IMG/VR virus record: IMGVR_UViG_3300045988_044838
Coordinates: 1-41,339 of that record
Reading direction: 5' to 3' (one strand)
Origin: a virus
DNA length: 41,339 nt
In this document: positions 17,511 to 26,551 of the stretch, piece after piece
Position numbering within the stretch: position 1 is the stretch's first letter
How the letters are laid out: each line of letters opens with the position of its first letter
Notes under the pieces: model-generated
What the model was told of the DNA's origin: nothing
The model's input: only the letters and a program-made list of their open reading frames with translations
The model's database searches: none
Translations under genes and position numbers: made by a program

Positions 17511-17955
17511 CCCCTACTTGAAAGTGCGACATCTCCCCGCCGAAGTCCTTGAAGTCCACCTTTGTGACATCGTAGACATCATCATAGGCGGCCTCTATGG
17601 TCTGCACCGTCCAGTCGGGGTGTACTGCCTCGCCTTTGACGAAAAAGCAGTTGCGCCCAACAGACAGCGTCCAGAGGCCGGACTTGTCATCGGCCCGCCA
17701 GAACTCGATAGGGCCCGTGTACTGCTTTGGCTCGCCCGTAGTGCCGTCCACCGCCTCCACACTAACAGGGATATAGAGGTTCACGGAATCGGCCCCCTCA
17801 AGCCCGCTCTTAGCCACATTGGAGCCCTTGGAGGCATCCAGCATCACGCCGCGAAGGATGGTGATGTAGTTGACCAGCGTTGGCTCAAAATCGTTCTCCG
17901 GCAGTTCTACGGTGTCGGTGTTATAGACCGTTACAGTGTGTGGAAACATGTCCAC
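17503..17955 (-). CDS. Head closure / adaptor protein
   Basis: The GTG at 17955 (or the ATG at 17949) follows GGGGGAGGTG. The longer track ORF would overlap the upstream gene by about 100 nt. Confidence 0.5.
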   Translation of the reverse strand: MDMFPHTVTVYNTDTVELPENDFEPTLVNYITILRGVMLDASKGSNVAKSGLEGADSVNLYIPVSVEAVDGTTGEPKQYTGPIEFWRADDKSGLWTLSVGRNCFFVKGEAVHPDWTVQTIEAAYDDVYDVTKVDFKDFGGEMSHFQVGGV

Positions 17956-18379
17956 AACAACACCTCCCCCGGTATAGAAGCCCTGTCCCGGCCAAATACC
18001 TCTGGGCAATAGAGGCAAGCATGGCCTCTGCTGCCCGGGCGGATTCAGCCGCTTGTTGGGCGCTCTCGCCGCCGCTGCGGTAGGACTTAGACCAACTGCC
18101 CACTGTCTGGCTTTGCAGTTCCCCGGAATCGCTGGATTCCAACGAAGCGGTCAGGGCCTTTTGCGCCAGTACCTGGGCGGTCTCGATGACCTGGTACTGT
18201 TCCGCAAGGGCGCAGCAGCACATTTTCAGCGCGTCTAACTCTGCGTTCTTTGCCGCCCGGCCCTGCGTGTAATAGTCCAAAAAGCTGCTTGCACGCAGGG
18301 CGAGGCGCGGAAAGTCGGCCTCCTGGATGGCCGTCCCCAGGTATGTATTTTTGTAATACTGATAATCTGCGTAAGCCAT
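17921..18379 (-). CDS. Head-tail connector protein
   Basis: ATG follows AAGGAGG. The start MAYADYQYYKNTYLG and the ...GLLYRG near the end are typical of gp6-like connectors. Confidence 0.6.
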   Translation of the reverse strand: MAYADYQYYKNTYLGTAIQEADFPRLALRASSFLDYYTQGRAAKNAELDALKMCCCALAEQYQVIETAQVLAQKALTASLESSDSGELQSQTVGSWSKSYRSGGESAQQAAESARAAEAMLASIAQRYLAGTGLLYRGRCCCGHVSTHCNGL

Positions 18380-18391
18380 CAGGAGACCTCC

Positions 18392-18745
18392 TTACTTCTT
18401 TAAGCGGGTTTTCGTCTTGGCCTGTGGCTCAAACGTCGCTCCAGTAAAGCTAAATTTCACCACACTGGAATCATCAACAAGCACTTCAAAGGTATCGTCC
18501 TTGGTTACTCGGAATATGATGTCGGCATCAAACGGGATGTTTTGCTTTGTAGGGGAGCCGTTTTTCTTGAAGGTCATTTTTGACCCGGTTTTGGTCAGAT
18601 GGAACGGGAAATAATACCCGCTCTGCTCCTCCGGGGTGCTGCTGAACTCTGTATAATCAGAAACATAATGAAATGTGCCCGTTACAGCGCCGTTCGCATA
18701 AACCTTCAGGTCATCACCCACAAGCTCGGAAACCTGTTTCCCCAA
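18392..18745 (-). CDS. Hypothetical head-associated protein (start uncertain)
   Basis: Track ORF with a TTG start and no clear RBS. Beta-rich, directly after the capsid gene. Confidence 0.5.
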   Translation of the reverse strand: MGKQVSELVGDDLKVYANGAVTGTFHYVSDYTEFSSTPEEQSGYYFPFHLTKTGSKMTFKKNGSPTKQNIPFDADIIFRVTKDDTFEVLVDDSSVVKFSFTGATFEPQAKTKTRLKK

Positions 18746-18748
18746 TAG

Positions 18749-18786
18749 GGTCTGACCGCTGGGGAATAGCGTTAGGGTGTCAGACC
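18749..18786 (-). other. Stem-loop directly after the major capsid gene
   Basis: GGTCTGAC ... GTCAGACC forms an 8-bp stem with a 22-nt loop. There is no U-tail. Confidence 0.4.
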
Positions 18787-18789
18787 CAA

Positions 18790-19758
18790 TTACCCCCCCG
18801 CCGGTGCGTAGACAGCAAAAGGGAAAGCCTTCGTGTTCCCGACATTGTAAGCGTTGATGGGATTGGGAATCTCCCAGCCCAGCCGCATGACGGCACGGAG
18901 GGCCACCATGTCGTTCTGCATCAGGTTATAGAGGATGTTTCCGGTGGTGGGATCCTGCACCACACCACTGTCGAAAATCTTAAAGGTCATATCCTGCCGA
19001 ATGGCATAGACCAGCTGGCTCCAGTCGCCCACGATGGCAAGAGACTCTTCCGGGTCGTAAGCGCCGTTCACAGGGAAGTACATACTCATGCCGTCCAGCG
19101 CGTAGCGGGTATCGCCCTGCATATCGGTCTTGAAAATGGGCTGACCGTTCTTGTCCACAAGGCCGCGCAGCTTGGCGCGCATCTGAATAGCCGCCATTAC
19201 GCCGTTGGGGATATAGCCGCTCTCTTCTACCTTGGCGATCACGCCGCCCTCACCCATGATGTCCTTGAAGATGTCGGCGGTTGCGGTTACGACTGCGCTT
19301 GCAGTAGTAGCAGAAGGGACAAGGCCCTCACGCCAGGAGGTGGGCTTGTCCGTGCCATACAGGATAGCGGCGTCAATGACCTTGCCGAATGCCTCCTGAA
19401 GGCGGGGACGCACTTCGCCCCAGATGTCATAATCGCTGTCATCCAGTACAGCCTCCGGGATGGGAACGATGACGGCGATCTCTTCGGCGTAGATTTTCTT
19501 CTTGTCCCATGCCATATTTGTTGTCTTTTTCAGAGACCCCTTGGAGTCGGACGCGCCAGTAGCGGCCTCTCCATTCACAAAATAGGCAGTGGGCAGGGCG
19601 TCCAGCACATTGAGCGTCTGCGTCTTGCTGGTCATGTTGGGCAGTCGACGGGCCATCCGCAACACGGCGGACTCCGTCACCGCGCCCTGAATGATCTCAC
19701 GGGTTACAGGCTCAGGAATAAGCCCGGAAAGTTTGCTTCTGTCGATAATATCGGCCAT
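18790..19758 (-). CDS. Major capsid protein (HK97-fold type)
   Basis: 322 aa, following the scaffold gene. The N-terminus MADIIDRSKLSGLIPEPVTREIIQG is typical of this family. Confidence 0.88.
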   Translation of the reverse strand: MADIIDRSKLSGLIPEPVTREIIQGAVTESAVLRMARRLPNMTSKTQTLNVLDALPTAYFVNGEAATGASDSKGSLKKTTNMAWDKKKIYAEEIAVIVPIPEAVLDDSDYDIWGEVRPRLQEAFGKVIDAAILYGTDKPTSWREGLVPSATTASAVVTATADIFKDIMGEGGVIAKVEESGYIPNGVMAAIQMRAKLRGLVDKNGQPIFKTDMQGDTRYALDGMSMYFPVNGAYDPEESLAIVGDWSQLVYAIRQDMTFKIFDSGVVQDPTTGNILYNLMQNDMVALRAVMRLGWEIPNPINAYNVGNTKAFPFAVYAPAGG

Positions 19759-19773
19759 TGATAGGCTCCTTTC

Positions 19774-20274
19774 TTACTTGAGTGCGCCCCGAATCAGGGC
19801 GTTCATTACATCGTTTTCTCCTGTTTTTGGCTTCCCGCCGCCCACAGGAGCGGTCCAGTCAAATGTTGTTTTCTTGCGGTCAGCGGTTAGCTCGTCCACG
19901 GCCTGTTCGAAGGTTTTCTTATCGTCCACCATCTTCCCGGCCTTAAAGGCGATAAACTCGGCCTCCTCGCCGGACAGGCCCTTTTGGGCCAGATACAGGT
20001 CCCGCTTGAGTTGGTCCCGCTCCGCCTCTGCGGCGGTCAGTTTCCCGGCCAGCGTGTCCCGCTCTCCGGTCAGCTTGTCCCAGCGTTCCTTTTCTCCCGC
20101 TTGTCCAGCCTGCCAGGTACGGTAGGCGGTAAGCTCTTCCTCGCTGGGCATTCCCTTCATGGCTTTTGCAAGCCGTTTGCCGATCATGGCATCCACTTCC
20201 GCCTGAGTGAAGGTCTTCTCAGGTGTGGGCTCCGGCACAGGGGCCGGGGTAGGGTTATTGATAGGTTCACTCAT
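19774..20274 (-). CDS. Capsid scaffolding protein
   Basis: 166 aa, acidic and coiled-coil with a Pro-rich N-terminus, immediately upstream of the capsid gene. Confidence 0.8.
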   Translation of the reverse strand: MSEPINNPTPAPVPEPTPEKTFTQAEVDAMIGKRLAKAMKGMPSEEELTAYRTWQAGQAGEKERWDKLTGERDTLAGKLTAAEAERDQLKRDLYLAQKGLSGEEAEFIAFKAGKMVDDKKTFEQAVDELTADRKKTTFDWTAPVGGGKPKTGENDVMNALIRGALK

Positions 20275-20330
20275 GGTATTACCTCCGTTTATTATCAGGG
20301 CCGTCGCCCTGCGGTTTTACGCCTCTCGGC

Positions 20331-20380
20331 AAACAAAAAGAGCCATCAACTACCGAATTTCGATAATCAATGGCTCTTGG
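20331..20380 (-). terminator. Rho-independent terminator inside the head module
   Basis: In minus sense, AAGAGCCAT...ATGGCTCTT is followed by TTTGTTT. Confidence 0.55.
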
Positions 20381-20397
20381 CTCACGGGCTCTTGGCT

Positions 20398-20544
20398 CTA
20401 TGCGATATTCACTTCTATGTCATGCTTACATGCCTTACATCGGAACGGCATGTGCTGTATTTTGGTATCTGTTCGGAGTGGGAAAAGAGCCTTCCCGCAA
20501 TATGGGCAACAGTACCATGTTTTCCCGTTGATTTCTTTTATCAT
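20398..20544 (-). CDS. Cysteine-rich KTR-like zinc-ribbon miniprotein (48 aa); not in the ORF track
   Basis: The product is MIKEINGKTWYCCPYCGKALFPLRTDTKIQHMPFRCKACKHDIEVNIA. Its ATG overlaps the stop of 20541..20735 (ATGA). Confidence 0.55.
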   Translation of the reverse strand: MIKEINGKTWYCCPYCGKALFPLRTDTKIQHMPFRCKACKHDIEVNIA

Positions 20545-20735
20545 GCGCTGCCCTCCACAACATACCACTTACATTTCTCGCAGATTTCATTTGCTTTCTC
20601 TACGTCAAACGGCTCTATTGCAAGCTCCATGTCCATCTCGTCCTCCCGAACTTCTTGAACCTCGTAGCATTCTCCGTACAGGATTTCTCGCCCAAACAGA
20701 GGGCAAATGTATTTATCATTATGATTTTTTGCCAT
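20541..20735 (-). CDS. Small Cys-rich protein
   Basis: 64 aa with CP...C and C..C motifs, directly after the Mu-F-like gene. Confidence 0.55.
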   Translation of the reverse strand: MAKNHNDKYICPLFGREILYGECYEVQEVREDEMDMELAIEPFDVEKANEICEKCKWYVVEGSA

Positions 20736-20736
20736 A

Positions 20737-22281
20737 TCATTTTCCCTCCAAATAGCCCCGATACTTCTTTCTCAGCTTTTCCGGAACTGCTGTCACAATC
20801 TTCCCGTCAACGCTTAAAACAACATACCCGTTGTCTGCCAAGAATTTTAATGTATTCCTGTCGGTCTGATATAAGACTAACCTGCTGTTATTTATGATAC
20901 TCTGCGACGCTTCGATAGTCAATGCAGCTCTATCCGGTTTCATCGTCAGATTCTTTGCAAAGTGGTCTGTTACACCGCTAATCTGCGGTGGGTCAAGCTG
21001 CACCTGATATTGTCGTTCAGAGAACTTTCTGACAATTTTTATATCCCCTTGATATGCTCGCAGTCCAGAGAATTGCTTTATGCCGGTTATCTCTTCCGGA
21101 TATTGGATCTGCATACGCTCCCGCTGCAACGGCAGCCCCGCCGCCTCGCTAAATGCTTTATATTCCTTGTTCAGCCGCCGGATACGGGCCGTTACAGCTT
21201 GGTAATCTTCTTCTAGCCCTGCGGCATTGTAAGCGGTCTGCTCCCGTTTCAGCTTACGGACAGTACGCTCTATTTGGCGTTGCTTTTGAGTGGCCGTATA
21301 TCCGTCGTACTGCCTGCCTTCAAAAGATATCTCCCGATTTTTCCCCTTCATCGCGTTCAGATCAGAGCTTGAATAGGTCGGCTCCATAACACTCTCAACA
21401 AACGGATAAAAGTGGTGGCGGCAATTCCATCCGCCCAGACCGGGTCCGGTACCATAGCCCGTAGAAGCGATAAAATCAGGATATCTCCCACTGGATTGCT
21501 TCGGTTTTTTGCTCCATCGGTAAATCTTCCCTTGCCAGCTCTCGTGGTTTTCCGGCCCGGTTCCGGTGTTCCGCGCCCCGATATGAGCAGAGACCTCAAC
21601 CAGATCAGTTTCCAAATAATCCATGCCTTGCTCCGAATACTGTTGGCAAAGCTGATTGATACCAGTCATAATAGCGCGGCGGACTGCAACGTCAATCTGG
21701 TCCATGTGACCGCTTTCATATTCCGCTGTCTTGATGCCGCTGTCTGCAAGCTGCTTCACGGCACCTCTAATTGCCTGATTGTAGCTGATTGCACCGCTCT
21801 GTATCTGCAACACGGCATTATCAAGTGCCCATTGGTAAGCACTTGCAGGCCGGAGCAAAGTCCTTCCATTGTCCAGCAGGAAAGCCATTGATTGCGTAAT
21901 ATTTCGGAATGTTTGGCGAGTCTGCTCATAAATGGCATAGGTATCTTCGATGCTCAACAGTGTTTTGGGCGCTGTTACATCCGAACGATCAATCAGATAT
22001 GTGTAATACTTCTGATTCCGCTCTACAACATCGTCAAATAGCTTATTCAGCTCTTTCTCGCCGATATTGGTTGTCCTTTTGATTGCTTGCTCGATCTCCT
22101 GTTGGCTGATACCGTGGGAGCGCAACGCCTGAATATCTAGGACAGTGACTTCGTTTAGCTCTCCAGACGCTTTGAGGCGAGAGCAGATTTCCTCTAGTAG
22201 CGTGTTTTCAAGATTGCGGTATAGCTCGGCCAGCTCTTCCGGGAGGGCATCGAGAAGTTCCGGGGTAAATGGATACCTCAT
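20737..22281 (-). CDS. Head morphogenesis / minor capsid protein (Mu F / SPP1 gp7-like)
   Basis: It has the GGWNCRHHF motif and follows the portal gene. It also has a roughly 150-aa C-terminal extension. Confidence 0.8.
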   Translation of the reverse strand: MRYPFTPELLDALPEELAELYRNLENTLLEEICSRLKASGELNEVTVLDIQALRSHGISQQEIEQAIKRTTNIGEKELNKLFDDVVERNQKYYTYLIDRSDVTAPKTLLSIEDTYAIYEQTRQTFRNITQSMAFLLDNGRTLLRPASAYQWALDNAVLQIQSGAISYNQAIRGAVKQLADSGIKTAEYESGHMDQIDVAVRRAIMTGINQLCQQYSEQGMDYLETDLVEVSAHIGARNTGTGPENHESWQGKIYRWSKKPKQSSGRYPDFIASTGYGTGPGLGGWNCRHHFYPFVESVMEPTYSSSDLNAMKGKNREISFEGRQYDGYTATQKQRQIERTVRKLKREQTAYNAAGLEEDYQAVTARIRRLNKEYKAFSEAAGLPLQRERMQIQYPEEITGIKQFSGLRAYQGDIKIVRKFSERQYQVQLDPPQISGVTDHFAKNLTMKPDRAALTIEASQSIINNSRLVLYQTDRNTLKFLADNGYVVLSVDGKIVTAVPEKLRKKYRGYLEGK

Positions 22282-23699
22282 TCAATTTCTTCTTCCTCCT
22301 CGTCCGTCATATCCTCCATTTTCGGCAGCATCTTCTTTGCTGTGGCTTCGTCCTCGTTATACCACTTCATGCGGTACTCCCAATCGTTCATAATACCCGC
22401 CGCTAAATCCTGCCTGTCATTATTTCGTTCTGTTGTCTTGTCCTCGATGATGCTATCATCGAAATCAATAGTGACCTCCGCATCCTCATTCAACCCGGCA
22501 CCCATGGCCGTGTTGCCCAAGTGAAGAATAATCCGGCACAGTTCTTTGATGGCGCTCTCCAGAATGATTTCATGCTTCTTGATGGTGCGGAACATGGTGG
22601 AGTTTTCACTGATGACCTGGGTGGCGGTAGTGATGTTCCCACCGTCAAAGCGGTAATAAGTCTCCCCGAAACCACACTTGCTGGACAGCAGATTAAGCTG
22701 TGTCTGCACCCCCTGGGTGTGTTCCGCTGTCCGAAGGTTCATGTCGATGGGCTGAATGATGGCCCCGCCCTCGATGTCTTCCGGAAGCACATAATAGGCC
22801 AGATCATCAGGGTCAAAAACCGGCTCCCCGTCCAAATACTGTTGTGCGGAAGGCTTGACCATCACCCGCTTTTTCCCCAGCACGAACTCATTGACGTAGC
22901 TGTCAAAAGCAATATCTACGCCCTTCATGCTGTCGATGGCGTTAGCGTAGACCGAAATCCCAAGTGGAATGGAGTAATCGAAGTTGTTGGCTATATTGGG
23001 CCGGTCAATAACGAATTGCCTCCGGTCGCTGCCGGTGTGAACAACAGGGGGCACCTTCTCAAAGCCCTGCACAGATGCCAGCGCCACTTCCGTATCCACG
23101 TTCTGATTTCGGTATGTATACAGCCTGTTTTCGATGTCGTACAGGCCGTTTACCTTCCGGTGGATTTGCAGATAGCAGTAATCGTCGCCATTTACGTTGA
23201 CGATGCTGTCAAAGGCACATTCAGTAATAACGCCATTCTGCCAGGACAGGGGCCAGATATGCTCCACCGTTACGTAGTCGATGACGATATCTGTGGCGCT
23301 GCCAGGAACCGGGCCCGCTTCCGTGACCCCCATGCCCACCACGCGGGGGATAAAAGCCACCGTTCCAAGAGCGAAGGCCATTTCCTGCATCTCGTTGGAG
23401 CGCACGCGAAAGTTGTTCTCCTTCAGGACCCGGTCAATAAACTCCTGCTCCTTTGTGCCATCCAGAGTGATTTCAACCCTCTCATTCATGAGAAGATTTG
23501 CCCAGTCCTCCGGGATTTTCTTTCCCATGTTGAGGGTGTACCGCTTGCAGCGCACCATCCCGGCCCCGTTTCGTACCCGGTAACGGTGGAACCCCTTCAC
23601 GTCGCCCTCATACCAAGACTTCCACTCCTGGACCTTGCCGTAAAAGCCCGCGCTGATGGTGGAAAAGCCCAGCTCTTTCAGTTTGTCGATGATGGTCAT
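22278..23699 (-). CDS. Portal protein
   Basis: 473 aa, immediately downstream of TerL, with an acidic C-terminus. Confidence 0.88.
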   Translation of the reverse strand: MTIIDKLKELGFSTISAGFYGKVQEWKSWYEGDVKGFHRYRVRNGAGMVRCKRYTLNMGKKIPEDWANLLMNERVEITLDGTKEQEFIDRVLKENNFRVRSNEMQEMAFALGTVAFIPRVVGMGVTEAGPVPGSATDIVIDYVTVEHIWPLSWQNGVITECAFDSIVNVNGDDYCYLQIHRKVNGLYDIENRLYTYRNQNVDTEVALASVQGFEKVPPVVHTGSDRRQFVIDRPNIANNFDYSIPLGISVYANAIDSMKGVDIAFDSYVNEFVLGKKRVMVKPSAQQYLDGEPVFDPDDLAYYVLPEDIEGGAIIQPIDMNLRTAEHTQGVQTQLNLLSSKCGFGETYYRFDGGNITTATQVISENSTMFRTIKKHEIILESAIKELCRIILHLGNTAMGAGLNEDAEVTIDFDDSIIEDKTTERNNDRQDLAAGIMNDWEYRMKWYNEDEATAKKMLPKMEDMTDEEEEEIE

Positions 23700-23703
23700 T
23701 CGT

Positions 23704-24882
23704 TCACCTCATTACCGGGAAATGCCGAACCAGAATAGTATTCGCAAAATATCGTATATCGTCCATGGCGTGGTCATCCGCCTTGATGACCTTGTCCACC
23801 GTTGAGTCCTCGTCCCAGCGGTATAGTCCAAATTCTCGGATAGCGTCCTTGCACCGGCGGTGTATTTTGAGTTTCCCGCTTTTGAGATAGACAGAGGTCC
23901 GCCGTATCCCGTCCATTACGTCATTGTTCGCTTTGACCACATGGAACTCATTGTGTCGGAATACTGTAGTGATAAAAGACGCCGCCGACGGGTCAATGAC
24001 CACATAGTCCACGTTATAACCGTCGGCCAGTTCCCGTATCGCCTGGTAATACTCCTCGTCGGTCAGTTGCTCCTGCGTCCCACGCCCGCTGTAATAATAC
24101 TCATTGATGCGGACAGCCCCTTGCGTTGTCACGCACCACAGGCCGGCAGAAAAGGGGTTGAGCGTTCCGTAATCCACAGAAATATAATACCGGCCCGCCG
24201 GCGGTTCCTCGTCCACGATGTTGCTCTCCCCAAACATGGGGTAGATCAGTCCCTCAGCCAGCGCCCACTGTCCCAAAATATAACGGTCATAAAAAACCGT
24301 GCCACGATACTCCCGTTTTAGGTTCTCCACAAAAGCCTCCGGGAGAAACGGATTATCGTCAATGGTATATGTCTGGCTAAAAATATCCGCTTTACTGTCC
24401 AGAAACACTTTCAACCAGTGATTCGGCCCCTGCGGATTATAAGTGCCGTCAAAGCACGAATACGCCTTATCCAGACGGCTTTTCAGCAGCTCAAAGACTT
24501 CCTGGCTCCAGTCCGCCACCTCGTCTCCATAGCAGTATTTGATTGATGCACCGCGGATTTTTGATACCTGCGTTACTTTTTCCGCTCCAAGACAGTAGCA
24601 CTTTTCCCCAAATATCCACGCCGTATTATCGCTGGAAATCGTGCCAACAAGATCGTCACCATAGATCGTTCGCATAGGCTCAAGTACATTCCGCTCAATG
24701 GTAGATTTAGTGACACCAAGAATAACCGTCAGACCGTCCTTGCCAACACGCTCCCGGATGCGGATTGGGATGATCCACCGGAAATCAAGGTAGGTTTTCC
24801 CGCTGCGGGTGGCCCCTCCCTTAAAATTCCAGCGGTGATGCCCCTCCCGGACAAATTCAGTTTGTTTCGGACTTAACAGCAT
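23704..24882 (-). CDS. terL: Terminase large subunit (PBSX/Terminase_3-like)
   Basis: It has a Walker A-like GGATRSGKT and a YGDEV Walker B-like segment, with a nuclease half. It lies upstream of the portal gene. Confidence 0.9.
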   Translation of the reverse strand: MLLSPKQTEFVREGHHRWNFKGGATRSGKTYLDFRWIIPIRIRERVGKDGLTVILGVTKSTIERNVLEPMRTIYGDDLVGTISSDNTAWIFGEKCYCLGAEKVTQVSKIRGASIKYCYGDEVADWSQEVFELLKSRLDKAYSCFDGTYNPQGPNHWLKVFLDSKADIFSQTYTIDDNPFLPEAFVENLKREYRGTVFYDRYILGQWALAEGLIYPMFGESNIVDEEPPAGRYYISVDYGTLNPFSAGLWCVTTQGAVRINEYYYSGRGTQEQLTDEEYYQAIRELADGYNVDYVVIDPSAASFITTVFRHNEFHVVKANNDVMDGIRRTSVYLKSGKLKIHRRCKDAIREFGLYRWDEDSTVDKVIKADDHAMDDIRYFANTILVRHFPVMR

Positions 24883-25276
24883 CCTTAAACTCCTTCAACA
24901 AACCATCCAACTTGTTCAAACTGTCGTTTCCGCTGGCTGTGTTCTTTGTGGCCTTGTCAACGATGATCCCGAAAGAAGTAGCAATTTGAGATAATCCCGC
25001 ATCCCTGATCTTTTCCGGGTCTGTCAGCGCCATCAGGTGGAGGTCGATGGCCTCCTGCATCTTTTCCTTGCGCGTCTCCATAAAGGCCAGCATATCAAGT
25101 GTATTCTGCTTCTTTTTTTGTTGCGCCTTTTGGGCGAATCCTTCGCACTTTAGCACTATCCGCTTCACAGTATCTTTGGAAACCCCATTGATTTTTGCTG
25201 TGGCGTTATAGCTTTCGGTCTCCAGATAATCAGCCACGATTTTCTTTTTCTGCTTATCCGTCAGCCGTGCAGCCAT
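24857..25276 (-). CDS. terS: Terminase small subunit (HTH N-terminus)
   Basis: 139 aa. The N-terminal HTH is ATAKINGVSKDTVKRIV. It overlaps the terL start. Confidence 0.7.
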   Translation of the reverse strand: MAARLTDKQKKKIVADYLETESYNATAKINGVSKDTVKRIVLKCEGFAQKAQQKKKQNTLDMLAFMETRKEKMQEAIDLHLMALTDPEKIRDAGLSQIATSFGIIVDKATKNTASGNDSLNKLDGLLKEFKDAVKSETN

Positions 25277-25348
25277 ATCACCACCTCAATCAAAAATTCC
25301 CCGTACCCGACCCTCCCATCATTTCAGCGAGACGGGCACGCCCTTGTA

Positions 25349-25981
25349 TCAAAGCTCCATATTGGGGTAAACTTTTTCCCACACTTTCATATGGTAAATA
25401 TTTACCTCACCGTAGTTAGCATCGAAAATCTTCCTCACGCCGTATCCCATCCGCTCACTTTCTCTTTTGAGTTTCCTCCAATCAAAGTCCTTATGAGACC
25501 GTCCATTCATGTGGGCAACTCTTTTGATGGAGTACCATTCTTTGCTCCGGTCCAGCTCTGCCTCCAGTGCCTTTCTTCTGTCCTGTTCTCCTTTGAGCAC
25601 AGTACACAGCCGGATCATAATATCCGGATTCATAATTGCCGCTTCAAGGGTTTCAGGAGTTATGTAGGCCCCATGCTTGCGGATAGACGGAAGCACCTCA
25701 TCAAAAATCCATTTTTCAAATCGTTCCGCCCCCGGCAGCTCTGACTTGGCTGCCAGACGGTAAATGTCACCCTCGGGGATGAACTTCATGGCCTGTTCAC
25801 CACCGTTGGTAGGGAGTCGGCGAATCACCGACCCCTTGCAATGAGTAGTGATTGCATCAGCGGGGCGTTTGTATCCCAGCGCCTTTGCCACATCACTCCC
25901 GCAGAACATCACCTTGCCGTCCTCTTCTATGGTCCGGATTTCTCCAAACTCCGGGTTGTTGAAAATCATAAGCTCATTCAT
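25349..25981 (-). CDS. Bro-N domain antirepressor-like protein
   Basis: FGEIRTIEEDGKVMFCGSDVAKALGY...GDIYRLAAKSELPGAERFEKWIFDEVLPSIRKHGAY is a classical Bro-N pattern. Confidence 0.85.
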   Translation of the reverse strand: MNELMIFNNPEFGEIRTIEEDGKVMFCGSDVAKALGYKRPADAITTHCKGSVIRRLPTNGGEQAMKFIPEGDIYRLAAKSELPGAERFEKWIFDEVLPSIRKHGAYITPETLEAAIMNPDIMIRLCTVLKGEQDRRKALEAELDRSKEWYSIKRVAHMNGRSHKDFDWRKLKRESERMGYGVRKIFDANYGEVNIYHMKVWEKVYPNMEL

Positions 25982-26551
25982 TTGAGGGTTCTCCTTTCGT
26001 ATATGTTAGGAGAGGCGGCGGGAGATTACCCCGCCATGCGTAACCCCTCAACATTGATCGTTCCGCCCCCGTCTCCTGCAACTGCGAGGCGGCATATTTG
26101 AGCGGGTGAGGATTTGCACCTCACATACAGGGACGCGTATAAACCTCGTTGCCCTGCCCTACGATTTATCAGTGCGTCTACTGGCATAGCCCACCCGCAG
26201 TTTCCCGCAAGTGACACACCCACTTTCGTGTCTATTCCGCCACCGCTCAGTCGTTATCTGCTCCGCATGTCGGCTTCGATTGCGAAACTCTGGAGCAGGT
26301 TAACGTGAAGGGAGTCCCCCGGCAGGAAACGTACAAGAGAGGCACTCCTTTCCGTTTAATATCTGCTCACTAGATACTCCTGCCGGGGGAGTGGGTTGTC
26401 CTTTGGGCCGTGGTTGGTGCATAGCCCGAAAGGGGAGGAAAAAGAAGGAGCATGGGGAAGTTACTCCCTCATGTTCCATTGTCGCATAGATGGCGCTTTT
26501 TGCTCATAAAACTTTATGAATATCCGATATTCTTTGTGAGACCATGAAGGG
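25982..26551 (-). ncRNA. Candidate large structured RNA / structured leader (570 nt, ORF-free)
   Basis: No credible ORF on either strand. There are many nested helices, including the perfect 12-bp pair 26316-26327/26378-26389. Two helices (26273-26288 and 26194-26211, the latter with a GAAA loop) pair only in minus sense through G-U. Confidence 0.45.

Noticed and set aside
18673-19761. 362-aa plus-strand ORF antisense to the major capsid gene (similar cases: 22521..23738, 3185..4069, 5651..6436, 6791..7765, 34316..35194)
   Set aside because: These are long antisense frames typical of GC-rich coding DNA. The sense-strand products have clear phage protein signatures, while these are R/G/P/H-rich with no start context.
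26026-26308. 65-aa (minus) and 64-aa (plus) ORFs, plus a 59-aa minus-strand frame, inside the 570-nt region
   Set aside because: None has an RBS, their composition is P/R/G/A-rich and low-complexity, and they overlap each other. The region is better explained as structured RNA.
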